Shown here piece by piece: positions 51,716 to 63,600 of a DNA stretch of 64,000 nucleotides. The translations under genes were made by a program, and so were the position numbers. The notes beneath the pieces were generated by a model that did no database searches, had not been told where the DNA came from, and was given only the letters and a program-made list of their open reading frames with translations. Position 1 is the first letter of the stretch. The number at the start of each line of letters is the position of its first letter. The stretch covers positions 1,856,001 through 1,920,000 of the forward strand of contig CAWDXG010000001.1 in the NCBI GenBank assembly GCA_963806225.1, read 5' to 3'. The DNA is from an uncultured delta proteobacterium. Lineage in GTDB: Bacteria > Myxococcota_A > Polyangia > Polyangiales > Polyangiaceae.

Positions 51716-51790
51716 GCTGGGCGGCCCGCGGCGTCAGGGGACGCCCGGGCCGGTCATCGCTCCAAGGGATTTCTGGAAGAGGAGCTGAAG

Positions 51791-53241
51791 ATGATGCGTT
51801 TCAAGAGCTATGCGGCGATGGGCCTTGCCGTCGGGCTGGTGGCGTGCGGCGGCGCGACCAAGGAGGTCAAGGCGCCGAGCCACCCCAGCGGCAAGACGGA
51901 TCGGTCCGGTCACAAGGTCAGCAAGGCTGCTGCGCGGAGCTTCAACACCGCTCTCGACAGCTTCGTCTCGCATGACAAGGCGTCGGACTGGAGCGAGAGC
52001 GTCTGCAAGGACGTGGCGGAGCAGTTCCTGCACGCCAGCACGCAACAGAAGGGCGAGACGAACCGCGCCCTTCCGGAGGCGATCTACAACGCGGGTCTGG
52101 TCTACCAGCGCTGTGATGACGACGCGGACGCCAAGAAGGAGTTCCAGGCTGCGCTGGGCGTCGACAAGAAGTTCTACAGGGCCGAGGCCCAGCTGGTCCT
52201 GTACGACTACCAGAAGAACCACGACCTCGACGGAACCATCGGTCGGCTCGAGCAGACCATCCGCGCCGCGCACTTCCAGCTCGTCGGCGGTCTGGTCAGC
52301 CTGGCTGCGCTGCAGATGGAGCGCGGGAACGACACACCGAACAGCGACGGCAAGAACGATCTGGAGCGGGCCAAGCTCAACCTGCAGCGCGCGCTGGCTA
52401 TCGACGACAGCTACATGCCGGCCTTCAACCAGCTGGCCATCTACTACATGGAGCTCGCCAAGGCGAAGGCGGAGAAGAAGAAGGGCAGCGGCGGTCGCAG
52501 CCGCCGACGGAGCCTGCAGGTTGCCGGCGCCCAGCAGGCTGAAGTGGACAAGCAGCAGCTCGACCTTGCCGCTCTGGTGGCTTCCCAGGCCATCCAGAAG
52601 AATCCGACCTACGCTCCCATCTACAACACCGCAGGCTTGATCCAGGTCGAGCTGAAGGACTTCAACGGCGCGGTGAAGAACTTCAAGCGCGCTCGCCAAC
52701 TGGATCCGAAGTTCTTCGAAGCGGACATGAACTACGCGGCGGTCAACCTCGGTTTCCGCGGGTTCCAGGAAGCGGAGCGCGCCTATCGCGACGCGCTGAA
52801 GCTCCAGCCGAACGAGTACGAAGCGCACCTGGGCCTGGCGCTTGCCCTCCGCGGGGAGATCAACGACGCCAACTGGGACAAGAACGTGGCCGAGGCGCAG
52901 AAGGAGCTCGACAAGGCGAAGAAGCTCGAGCCCGAACCGGCCGGAGACCTACTACAACGAGGCGATCCTCACCCAGGAGTACAAGGCCAAGGGCGGTTCA
53001 GGGTGACGCAATCCCGATGCTCGAGAAGGCGGCGGACCTCTACGGTCAGTTCATCGGCAAGGCCGGGACAGGCGCTCAGTTCGCGGAAGCGGTCAAGCGC
53101 TCCAAGGACCGCGAGCAGGACATCCGCGACACGGTGAAGTTCATCAAGGAAGGCCAGGCGGCCAAGGCGGCGCAGGACAAGGCGAACGCGGCAGCCGCAA
53201 CGGGCGGCTCCAACAAGAAGGCCGCTGCGCCGAAGAAGTGA
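51791..53241 (+). CDS. gltE: TPR lipoprotein GltE/AglT-like (frameshifts near 52935 and 53010)
   Basis: Lipobox LVAC; APIYNTAGLI, FFEADMNYAAV, YEAHLGLALALRG; between gltD and gltF. Confidence 0.75.
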
Positions 53242-53259
53242 CGCCGGTTCCGGCTGGTA

Positions 53260-53297
53260 CGACGGGCGGACCGCCAGCGGCCGCCCGTCGGCGTTTT
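53260..53297 (+). terminator. Intrinsic terminator after gltE
   Basis: CGACGGGCGG...CCGCCCGTCG followed by GCGTTTT. Confidence 0.55.
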
Positions 53298-53494
53298 GTC
53301 TCCCATCCCCGGGTCCGGTATGTCCAACCAGTCCGGACTTTTCCAGCGGCACTGCCGAGGCGGGTGCGATCCGCATCCCCGGGCAAGAAATTCGTCAGCT
53401 CGAGTGTTCCAATCGTGGAACTTCCGGGACCAGCCGCTGTCGATCTCGTGGCAAGCTCCATCGGATTAGAGTGGCTACTCCGGTCAGATCGCGG

Positions 53495-53524
53495 TTGACG
53501 TGCCGCGGTCGCAGAAAGTACAAT
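53495..53524 (+). promoter_or_regulatory. sigma70-type promoter upstream of gltF
   Basis: TTGACG-N18-TACAAT, 40 nt before ATG 53564. Confidence 0.55.
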
Positions 53525-53563
53525 CACACTGTAATAGAGCGACAATATTCCGAGGATATTGCA

Positions 53564-53872
53564 ATGGCCTATTCGAAGATGAAGTTTGGTATCGCAGCGC
53601 TGGCAATCGGGCTCACGGCATTCGTTGCCGCTCCCTCCGCATCTGCACAGACGAAGGGTGCTGGCGCGGGCGCAGCGGCTGGTGCGGCAGGCGGCGGTGA
53701 CAAGGGCGACGAGGGTTACGGATACACGTTCGACGATGATCCGTTGAACGCCGGCGGTTTCGGTCCGAACGACGCAACCATCCGGGTCCGGCCTCGCGCT
53801 GCGCGCACGACGCTCATCCGCCCGCGCACGTCGTTCGTTCCCGAGATGCTCAAGTCGGTCGAGAACATCTGA
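53564..53872 (+). CDS. gltF: Small exported gliding protein GltF/CglF-like
   Basis: Signal peptide; YTFDDDPL...TLIRPRTSFVPEMLKSVENI C-terminus resembles the CglF family. Confidence 0.8.
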   Translation: MAYSKMKFGIAALAIGLTAFVAAPSASAQTKGAGAGAAAGAAGGGDKGDEGYGYTFDDDPLNAGGFGPNDATIRVRPRAARTTLIRPRTSFVPEMLKSVENI

Positions 53873-53989
53873 CAGGCAGGAAAGTCACGAAATTCCGATC
53901 AGGGCGCAATCCCATTGTGCTCAGGGGCTAGCTCGCGCCAAAGGCGCTACGCGGGTCCGCTAGAACAGGGAATCGAGGAAAGGCAACGC

Positions 53990-56159
53990 ATGGCAAAGGC
54001 TGTTCTCACGTTCGCGCTCTACCAGGGCGACGCCCTGCAACGGCGGGAGACCGTCACGCAGGACATCGTGAAGGTCGGCAAGGATCCGAAGAGTCATCTG
54101 AGGGTCGACGACGAGCTCGCGTCGCGCATGCACGCCGTGATCGAAGTCGCCGGTCCCGAGGACATCACGCTGATCGACCTCGGTAACGAGCCGGGCACGA
54201 TGGTCAATGGCGCCCGGGTGAACAAGTGCAAGCTGCACGTGGGCGATCAAGTCCAGGTCGGCGGCACCCGCATCGTGCTCGAGAGCGCTGAAGCAGCGTC
54301 TGCCGAGGCGCAGCCTGCTCCGGAGCAGGCGGCTGCGGCCGCCGCACCGCCACCAGTTCCGGCAGCTCCCGCACCTGTGGCGGCGCCTCCGGCTCCCGCC
54401 GCTGCCGCTCCGCCGCCTGTCGCTGCCCCTCCTGCACCAGCGGCTGCGCCGCCGCCCGTTGCAGCAGCGCCGGCTGCGCCAGCGGCGAATCCGTTCGGCG
54501 GCGGTGGCTCGAATCCTTTTGCGGCCGCTGCCGCCTCGAGTCCTTTTGCGGCCGCCTCGAATCCGTTCGAGGCCGCGGCGGTCAATCCGTTCGCAGCGGG
54601 TGCGGCCATGTCCGCTGCGCAGGCGCAGGCCGAGGCGCTCAAGGTTCCCGACGATGCAGCGCCCGGCACGTACACCTACACGCTGGTGAAGAGCGGGCCG
54701 GACGTGAGCCCCGACGAGGTGGAGCTGGCGCACGTGCAGGCCGTCGAGGTGATGGTCCTCTGGGGCACGAACGTGCTGCACGTCTCGCACCTCACGCCTC
54801 CCAGGAACTTCTACGTCGGCGAGGAGCAGGGAAAGAACTTCTCCTGCGACTTCTTCATCCCGGCCGAGAAGCTGGGCACGACACGCATGCCGGTGGTGCT
54901 GGGTGACAGGACTTCGCTCAATCTGGTCATTCCCGCAGGGAGCCAAGGGCTTCATCGAGATTCCGGGCCAGGGCCGGATGACCCTCGACGAGGCGCGGCA
55001 GAAGGCGCAGCCGTGTGCCGAGGTGAGCGGAGCACAGCAGATCGCGCTGCCTGGTGGAGCCAAGGCGCGAGTCGAGCTGCAGACCTTCGTGTTCCAGGTG
55101 GCAGCCGTGAATGCCGGCAAGCCACTCAAGCACGGCGTTGGCGCCGGGCTCGAGTGGGCCATCTTCATGTACTTCGGGCTGTCGCTCCTGGCGGTCAGCG
55201 GCTTCGTCGCAGCGATGGCGTTCTTCGTGCCCCCGCTGGGTCTGACCGACGACGAGGACATCAACAAGGATCAGATGTACCTGATCCAGCAGTACCTGAA
55301 GAGCGCCGCCGAGCGTGAGCAGGAAGAGAAGGAGACCGAGCAGGTCACCGACGACAAGGCCGACAACAAGGAAGGCGGCACAGGTACGCGAGCCAAGGGC
55401 GAGGAAGGCTCGATGGGCAAGCAGACCTCGCACGCGAAGAACAAGCGCTACGCGGTCCAGGGCCCGAAGGACAATCCCGACCCGCATATCGCACGTCAGG
55501 CCGCTCTGCGTGAAGCGCAGGAATTCGGCATGATCGGCCTTCTGAACACCGGTGCGGCGGGTGACCCGAACGCGCCCACGGCGCCCTGGGGTCGCGACAC
55601 GTCGCTCGGCATGGACGACATGAGCGCCCGCGGCAACATGTGGGGCGACGAGATCGGCGACGCCTTCGGCGCGGGCGGTCTCGGCCTGTCCGGCATCGGC
55701 GAAGGTGGCGGTGGTCGCGGTGAAGGTATCGGTCTCGGATCGATCGGTACTCTCGGTCACGGCGCCGGCACCGGTACGGGCCAGGGCTTCGGTTCAGGTC
55801 ACGGGCGTCTGGGTGGTTCCCACAAGACGCGGGCTCCGAAGGTGCGCATGGGTGCGACCACCGTCAGCGGCCGCCTGCCGCCCGAGGTCATCCAGCGTAT
55901 CGTCCGCCAGAACTACGGCCGTTTCCGCATGTGTTACGAACAGGGCCTTGCGCGGAACCCGAACCTGGAGGGGCGCGTCTCGGTGCGATTCGTTATCGGC
56001 CGCGATGGTTCGGTGTCGAACGTGGCCAACGGCGGCTCGGATATGCCGGACAGCGGTGTCGTCAACTGCGTGGTGCGGGCCTACTACGGCCTGAGCTTCC
56101 CGCAGCCCGAGGGCGGCATCGTAACGGTGGTCTATCCGATCATGTTCTCGCCGGGCTGA
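53990..56159 (+). CDS. gltG: GltG/PglI-like protein: FHA domain, Pro/Ala linker, TM, TonB-C-like C-terminus (frameshift near 54935)
   Basis: KVGK..SRMHAVIE..DLGNEPGTMVNG FHA; GRLPPEVIQRIVRQ..RMCYE..PNLEGRV..FPQPEGGIVTVVYPIMF. Confidence 0.88.
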
Positions 56160-56184
56160 GCCGGTCATAGGAGAGCAGCCTGGT

Positions 56185-56217
56185 CTGGCGCGTGGGATCA
56201 CGTATCCCGCGCGCCAG
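56185..56217 (+). terminator. Terminator-like hairpin after gltG
   Basis: CTGGCGCGTGGGAT-CACGT-ATCCCGCGCGCCAG followed by GCTCGTTTGT. Confidence 0.5.
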
Positions 56218-56543
56218 GCTCGTTTGTGTCCCCGCAAATGCGCGGGCTCCCGGCCTAGCGCCCCGTGTGGGGCGGGCCCTCTCCCGGGAGGGGCGCCGCC
56301 GGGGAAAAACCCAAGGAATCCGCCGGGCAATCTGCGACGAACCGCCTTTACTTCGGCCGCGGCGTAGAACTATGCTCGGGTGAGCTTTGGCCCCGAGCAC
56401 GCGATGCCTGTCTCGCCACCCGCTCGGGTCCCGCCGTTCCAGACGGCTCGAGCTTGCGGGTTTTTGACCGATGTTTTCGCGTAGGAGTCGACTCTACGGC
56501 TGAGCGTTCCGCGGAGGGACGAACGAAAGAGAGTGAGCTCGCG

Positions 56544-57474
56544 ATGAAATTGCGAAGTGTAACGAAGACCGCCGCAATGGCGGCGGGTGTGTTGGCCCTT
56601 CTGGTAGGTAGCGGCTGCAGCCGCGACCATATCGAGGCGATCAACCTGGCGAACCGGGGTGACAAGTCCGTAAAGGTCAATGTCGAGAACGCCATCTCGC
56701 AGTACCAGCAGGCGTTGCAGCTCGACCCGACCAATCACCGGATTCTCTGGAAGCTCGCGAAGGCGTACGAGAAGAAGGAGGACTGGGACAAGATGGCGTC
56801 CACCCTCTCCCGCGCCGTACAGGTCGCGCCGAGCTTTGCCAACTACTGGGCGAACCGCGGCTATGCGCTCGTCCGCAGGCGGAAGCGGGCAACCCCGACG
56901 CCTACGAGGAGGCGAAGCAGCCGCTGCAGAAGTGCATCGAAAAGGACCCGAACTACGCCGAGTGCTACCACTTCCTCGGCGAAGCCGATCTGTGGACGGA
57001 CGACACGCAAGGCGCGCTGTCGAACTACACGAAGGCGATCGAGCACAACTCGCACGTCGCGTACTTCTACCCGCCGCTCGGCGGAGACCTACATCTCCTT
57101 GAAGTTCTACGATCAGGCAGGGAAGGTTCTCAAGGAAGGCACGCGCCTCATCCAGCCGAGCAAGGAGAACAACAACAACCTGTACGGCATGTACGTCCTG
57201 CGCTTCCAGGTGGCCCAGGCGAACGACGACAAGGCCGAGATGGTGGCCTCGATGGAGCAGGCGCAGAAGGTCGCCGGCGACACGCATCCCGGAGATCGCG
57301 TTCAACCTCGGCAGTACCTATGCCGTGATGGATCCGCCGCAGAAGGAGAAGGCGGTCCGGCTCTTGAGCTCGTTCACGAAGCGGGCATGCCGGAGCGCCA
57401 AGGCGAAGAAGTTCAAGGAACAGTGCGAGACGAGCTCGGCGCTCATCCAGAAGCTGGGCGGGAAGGTCAACTGA
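56544..57474 (+). CDS. TPR lipoprotein (multiple frameshifts)
   Basis: MKLRS...LLVGSGC lipobox; AISQYQQALQLDP, DPNYAECYHFLG, IAFNLGSTY TPR segments; stop TGA 57472-57474. Confidence 0.75.
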
Positions 57475-57654
57475 CCTTGGGCGGCTCATCCACGAGCGAA
57501 GGCCGGATTCCGCTTGCAGGAATGCGGCCTTCTGCGCGGAGGAGCCGACGCTCGCTCGTCGAGCGATGAACAGAGTTTCCGTGGGGATTTCCCGGGTGGC
57601 CGGGACCGGAACGCCGGCGGCCGCCCTAGCAGCAGTAGTGTTGCCCGAGGGAGC

Positions 57655-60600
57655 ATGGATCTAGAGCAGCGTCTGAACCAGCTGGAACGCCATCATGACT
57701 GGCAGGGGGCGATGGACGCCCTGGAGCAGGGTCTCCAGAGCGAACAGGATGCCTCGGTCAAGGCGGAGCTGCATCTACGTCTCGGTCGGCTGCTCCATTC
57801 ACGCTTCCTGCAGGGCGTGAAGGCGCTCAAGCACTTCCAGGACGCCTTCAAGCTGAATCCCGCGCTGCTCGAGGCGCTGGCGGAGGCGCGGGGGATCTAC
57901 TGGGAGCTGGGCAAGCTCAACATGGTGCAGAAGCTGCTCGAGCTGCAGCTGAAGAGCACCCAGGATCCCGAGCTCTGCCGCATCGCTGTAGCCGCGAGCT
58001 CGGCGACGTGCTCAGCGATCAGGGCGACTACGAGCGCGCCGCCGAGGCGTACGCGAAAGCGCTGCAGACCGCGAACGGCACGATGCCGGAAGATCGGCGA
58101 GCTGCTCGAGGAAGTGCAGCTCGGTCCACGATCAGTGGCAGGAGCGCGTCGGGCAGTTGCTTCGCGCCGCTCACGACGTACCGGACAGTGCGACGAAGGC
58201 ATCGGCGTTCCTGCGCGCAGCGCGCATCGCGCGTCGCTACGCGCCCGAGGAGCTGGAGGGGATGCTCGCGCAGGCCTACGCAGCCGATCCCGACCAGCGT
58301 CGTTGCCGCGGCGCTGTACGAGAGTCTGCTGGTAGACGCAGAGCGCACGGACGCGATCCTGGAGGCACAGCGCCAGGTGCTCGACAACGTGAGCGATCCG
58401 CACGAGCGCGCCGACGCGGCGTTCCGCTTCGGAGCGCGCTGGGCTCTGCGTCACCAGAACCCCGAGGTCGGCTCGCAGTTGCTCGAGGAGTCGCTGAAGC
58501 TCGACCCGAGTCGGGAGTCGGCGTTTGCTTTCCTGCGCGATGCGTACGGAACGCGCGGTGGCGACTGGGACCGCGTCATCGGGCTGGCCGAGGAGCTCTC
58601 GGAGCAGGCCGGCGAGAACTCGTCGTCCGCCTATCTGCTCGCCAACGCGGGGCTGGCTCGCGTGGCGTGAGCTCGGCGACCTGATGAAGGCGAAGACGTA
58701 CTTCGAGAAGCTCGGGCACCTCGCGCCGGATCACCCGGCACTCAAGGCTTTCGAGGCACAGATCGGCGCGCAGCTCACGCCGTCGCCGCCGCCCGCTGAA
58801 GCCGAGGAGAGCGCGCCCGCGGCCGACGAGAGTGCCGGAAGCGAGCCGGAGGCCGAAGCGTCCGGGTCCGAGCCCGAGCCCGAGGTCGCCGAGGCGGAGC
58901 CGCCGGCCGAAGCCGCAGCCGAGCCCGAAGGCGAAGCGCCCGCGGCGGAACCCGCCGAGGCGGAACCGAAACAGGTCGACGAGGCGCTGGTCGCAGAGCT
59001 GCGCGAGAAGCTGCAGCAGCAGGACGAAGCAAAGCGCTACCACGAGTACGTCAAGACGCTGGTGGCGCTGGCAGACGAGGTTGGCGACCCGGCCGAGAGC
59101 GTGGAGCTCTACCTCAAGGCCGCCGACCTGTACGTCAACAAGTTCGTCAACCAGGCCGAGGCCGTGAAGACCTTCGAGAAGGTGATCGAGGTCGACCCGG
59201 ACAACCAGGACGCCATCGCGTACCTGCGCCAGATGTACGAGAAGCGTCGCGACTGGGAGAAGCTGATCGCGCTGAACACCAGCCAGGCCGAGCGGCTCGA
59301 GTCCGGTCCCGAGCGCACTGCGATGTTCAAGGAGATCGCGCAGCTCGCCACCGATCGCGTGAAGAAGCCGGACGTGTGCATCGGGCTGTGGGCCGTGGTG
59401 CTCGACAACGACGCGGACGATCTCGACGCGCTCGGAGCGTTGGCCCAGTTCTACGAGCGGGCTCGGGACTACGAGAAGCTCGCCGACGTCCTCGAGAAGC
59501 TGGCGGAGCTGACCTTCGACACGAAGGAGAAGGTCCAGATCCTGACCAAGCTGGGTCAGGTCACGGGCGATCGCCTCAAGGACGACGCGCGGGCCGTGGA
59601 CGCGTACCGGACGTTGCTCACCCTGCAGCCGGACGACCGTCGCGCGCAGGAACAGCTGAAGAAGCGCTACGTGTCGCTCGGGCGCTGGGACGACCTCGAG
59701 GTGTTCTACGCGGACACGGGCAAGTGGGACGAGTTCATTCGCGTTCTGGAGAGCAACGAGGCGCGGACGAAGGACACCGAGCAGCGCATCGGCATGCTCA
59801 TGAAGGTGGCCGAGCTGTGGATGACCCAGAAGGGCAAGCCCGACCGCTCGGCGCGCGCCTACGAGAAGATCCTCAATCTGGATGAGAACAACCTCGCGGC
59901 CGCAGAGCAGCTGATCCCGATCTACACCCAGGGCAACAACCCGAAGGGCTTGAGCGGCGCGATCGAGGTCAAGCTGGGTCACGTCGAGGACGCCGACGGA
60001 ACGGCTGGAGCTTCTGCGCGAGGTCGCCGGGCTCTACGAGAGCCGCATCAACGACAAGAACAAGGCTTTCGAGCGCTTCCTGTCGGCATTCGAGATTGCG
60101 CCTGCCGACGAGCAGAGCCAGGCGGACGTCGAACGGGCTGCGCAACTGACCGGACGCTGGGACGATCTCATCGAGGCGTACAGGAACCAGGTGACGCGTG
60201 CGGACGGCGAAGGCGACGCGGTGCTCGCCAACGCGCTCCGGCTGCGCCTCGGGCGGGTGCTGGTCGACGAGGTGCAGCGTGTCGACGACGCGCTAGCGGA
60301 GTACCGCGCCGTCTACGAGAGCGAGCCCGACAATACCATCGCGCTGGAAGCCCTCGAACAAGCTGTACCGGGACACCGAGCGCTGGCGCGACCTGCTCGA
60401 TGTCTACGGGAAGAAGCGCGAGCTCGTCGCGGATCCCGACGAGCGCAAGCAGATCCTCTACGAGATCGCCAAGCTGTACGAGACCCAGATCGGCGAGCCG
60501 ACTTCCGCCGTGCAGACCTACCAGGCGGTGCTCGAGGACGATCCGGCCGACGCCGTGGCGCTCGAGGCGCTCGATCGCCTCTACCAGCAGACCGAGGACT

Positions 60601-63600
60601 GGGAGCCCTACGCCGACGTCCTGCGTCGCCGGATCGAGCTGGATGTGAACGAGGGCGAGCTCATCGACCTGAAGTTCCGTCTCGCCGGCACCCAGCAGCA
60701 GCATCTCTCCGATGCCGCGTCCGCACTCGAAAACTATCGCGAGATCCTGTTCCTCGATGCCGATCATGAAGGCGCACGCCTGGCGCTCGAGGGCATGCTG
60801 GAGACGGACGAAGCGCTGCGCGGCGAGGCAGCGTCCATCCTCGAGTCCATCTACGAAACCCGCGAGGACTGGGAGAAGCTGATCGGTGCGCTGGAGATCC
60901 TGGCGATCTCGGACGCCGAGAGCGAACGCCGCGTGTCGTTGCTGCGCAAGATTGCCGCGACTGCGGCCAGCCAGCTCGGTGACGTCGAGCGTGCGCTCGA
61001 TGCGCAGGCCCGCGCGCTCAAGGAGGATCCGTCGCTGGCCGACTCGCTGCTGGAGTTGGAGCAGCTGGCCGAGCAGGCCAACGCCTGGGACAAGCTCATC
61101 ACGATCTACAACGAGGTCGCTGGCGGGCTCGACGAGCCGACTCTCGCGCGCGAGTACTGGATGCGCCTCGCGGCGATCGAGGAGCGGCTGGGCAAGGTCG
61201 AGGAAGCAGCGCACAGCTACGAGAAGGTGCTCTCGCTTGACCCCGGTGACGCCGAGGCGCTGCAGGCCATGGACGCGCTGTACCGTCGCACCGAGCACTG
61301 GGACGAGCTCATCGGCGTGTTCCGTCGGCGCATCGAGCTCACGGGCGACGGCAACGAGCGCGAATCGCTCTACGCCCAGATGGCGCAGGTCTACGAGGAG
61401 CGACTGGGCAAGCCGGACGACGCGATTGCTGCCTACCGCGAGGTGCTGGCGCTCGATCCGACCAGCCAGGTGGCACTGGGAGCATTGGACGGCCTGTTCA
61501 CCCGCCAGTCCATGTGGAGCGAGCTGTCGGAAAACCTCGAGACGCAGCTCGGGCTGGCCGAGACCGAGGAAGCGCAGCTTGCGTTGATGCTCCGGTTGGC
61601 GGCGCTGCGCGAGGGGAAGATGAGCGAGGTGGAGGCCGCCATCGAGGGCTACCGCCAGGTGCTCGATCGGGACCCGATCAACGAGGTGGCGCTCGGGGCG
61701 CTCGAACGCCTGGGCCAGGACGAGGCCCACGCTCTGGCTATCGCCGAGATCCTCGAACCGCTCTACCGCCAGCAGGGCGACTACCAGAAGCTCATCGGTG
61801 TCCACGAGGTCCAGGTGCGTCGCGCCGACGACACGCACCGCAAGGTCGAGCTTCTGCACCAGATCGCGGAGTTGTACGAGGACGCCGCGGGTGACGTGAA
61901 CCTCGCGTTCGACACCTACGCGCGTGCGCTGGCCGTCGATCCCGGGAACGACTCCACCCAGGAGGGGCTGGACCGCTTGGCACGTGCGAGCGGCCGCTTC
62001 CCTGATCTGGCATCCGTCTTCGAGCGCCTCGCCGGCGAGCAGGAAGACCCGGAGCTCGGCAGTCAGCTCTACACCTTCGCCGCCCGTGTGTTCGAGAGCG
62101 ATGTGGGCGATATCGAGCGCGCGATCGAGCTGTATCGCAAGGTCCTGAGCACGGATCCGACGAATCTGTCCGCCGCGGAATCGCTGCAGACGCTGTTCCA
62201 GTCCACCGAGCGCTACGCGGACATGTCGCTGATCCTGCAGCGCAAGGCGGAGATCCTCGAGGACATGGACGAGCAGAAGTCCGCCCTCTACCAGGCGGCA
62301 ACGCTCGAGGAGGAGGTTCTCGATCGCAAGGAGAACGCCATCGGCGTCTATCTCAAGATCCTCGAGATCGACCCCGAGGACCTGCGTAGCATCGACGCCC
62401 TGATCAATCTGTATCTCGGCCTGTCGCGCTGGGAAGAGCTGCTCGGCGTGTACTCGCGCAAGGCCGACCTGGTGATCGACACCGAGGAGAAGAAGCTCAT
62501 CTTCTACCAGGTGGGCGCGGTGCACGAGCGCGAGCTCAGTGACGTTTCGCGGGCCATCGACACGTACCAGCGCGTGCTCGAGCTCGACCCCGACGATCTG
62601 ACTGCCCTGGGTCGGCTGGACGTGCTGTACCAGACCGCGCAGAACTGGCAGGAGCTGCTCAGCGTGCTCACGCACGAGGCAGAGCTGACCGCCGATCCGA
62701 ACGAGGCAGTGAGCTACCAGTACCGGATCGCGGAGCTGTACGAGAAGCATCTCGAGGACGTGGAGCGCGCGGTCGAGCTGTACCGTGACATCCTGGGCAT
62801 CGTGCCCGATCACGGGCCGACGCTCTCGGCGCTCGAGGGGATCAAGAACGGCGAGCGGGCGCCGCTCGCCGCCGCCGGCGTGCTCGAGCCCGTCTACGAC
62901 GCGATGGGCGAGTGGCAGCGCCTGATCAGCGTGCTCGAGGTCGAGGTCCGGTTCGCCGACGATCCGTTCACGCAGGTCGACCTGCTGCACCGGATCGCAC
63001 GCCTGTACGAGGAAAATCTCGGCGACCATGCCAACGCCTTCGAGACGTATGCGCGCGCGGTCGCCGTCGACAGCCAGAACGAGGAATCGCTGGCGTCGCT
63101 GGAACGCCTGGCCATGGTGATCGAGCGCTGGCCCGCGGTGGCCCAGCTCTACGATCAGGAGCTCGACAAGCTCGCGGAGGAGCCGGAGCGTATGGTCGAG
63201 CTCGGGCTGCGCGTCGCGCAGGTCTACGAGGTACAGCTCGAGGACGTCGACAGCGCCGTGGCGCGCTACCGGCGCGTGCTGGAGGCGGATCCCGAGAACC
63301 AGAGTGCGGTGCGGGCGTTGGATCGCTTGTTCTCGCAGGCGGAGCGCTGGAGTGATTTGGCGGATGTTCTGGCCCGTGAGGCGGAGATCGGACAGAGCCC
63401 CGACGAGATCCTCGAGTTCAAGTTCCGTCTGGGACAGGTCTACCAGCTGCGCCTGGGCGACCTGGACAAGGCCATCGATGCGTATCGCGAGGTCATCAAC
63501 GCCGCCCCCGAGCACGGCGAGACGCTCATGGCCCTGGAAGGGCTGTTCGAGAGCGGCACCAAGCAGCTCGAGATCGCGGGGATCCTGGAGCCGCTCTACC

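Noticed and set aside
56230..56300. GEMM-I (c-di-GMP/cGAMP) riboswitch suggested by GCAAA...CTCCCGGCCTA
   Set aside because: No GGCAAA-stem-GNRA P2 hairpin in the required order; only a partial resemblance.
46099..60400. Programmed ribosomal frameshifting or phase variation in glt genes
   Set aside because: The breaks are numerous, mostly not at slippery or long homopolymer tracts, and also hit unrelated genes; sequencing error is more parsimonious.
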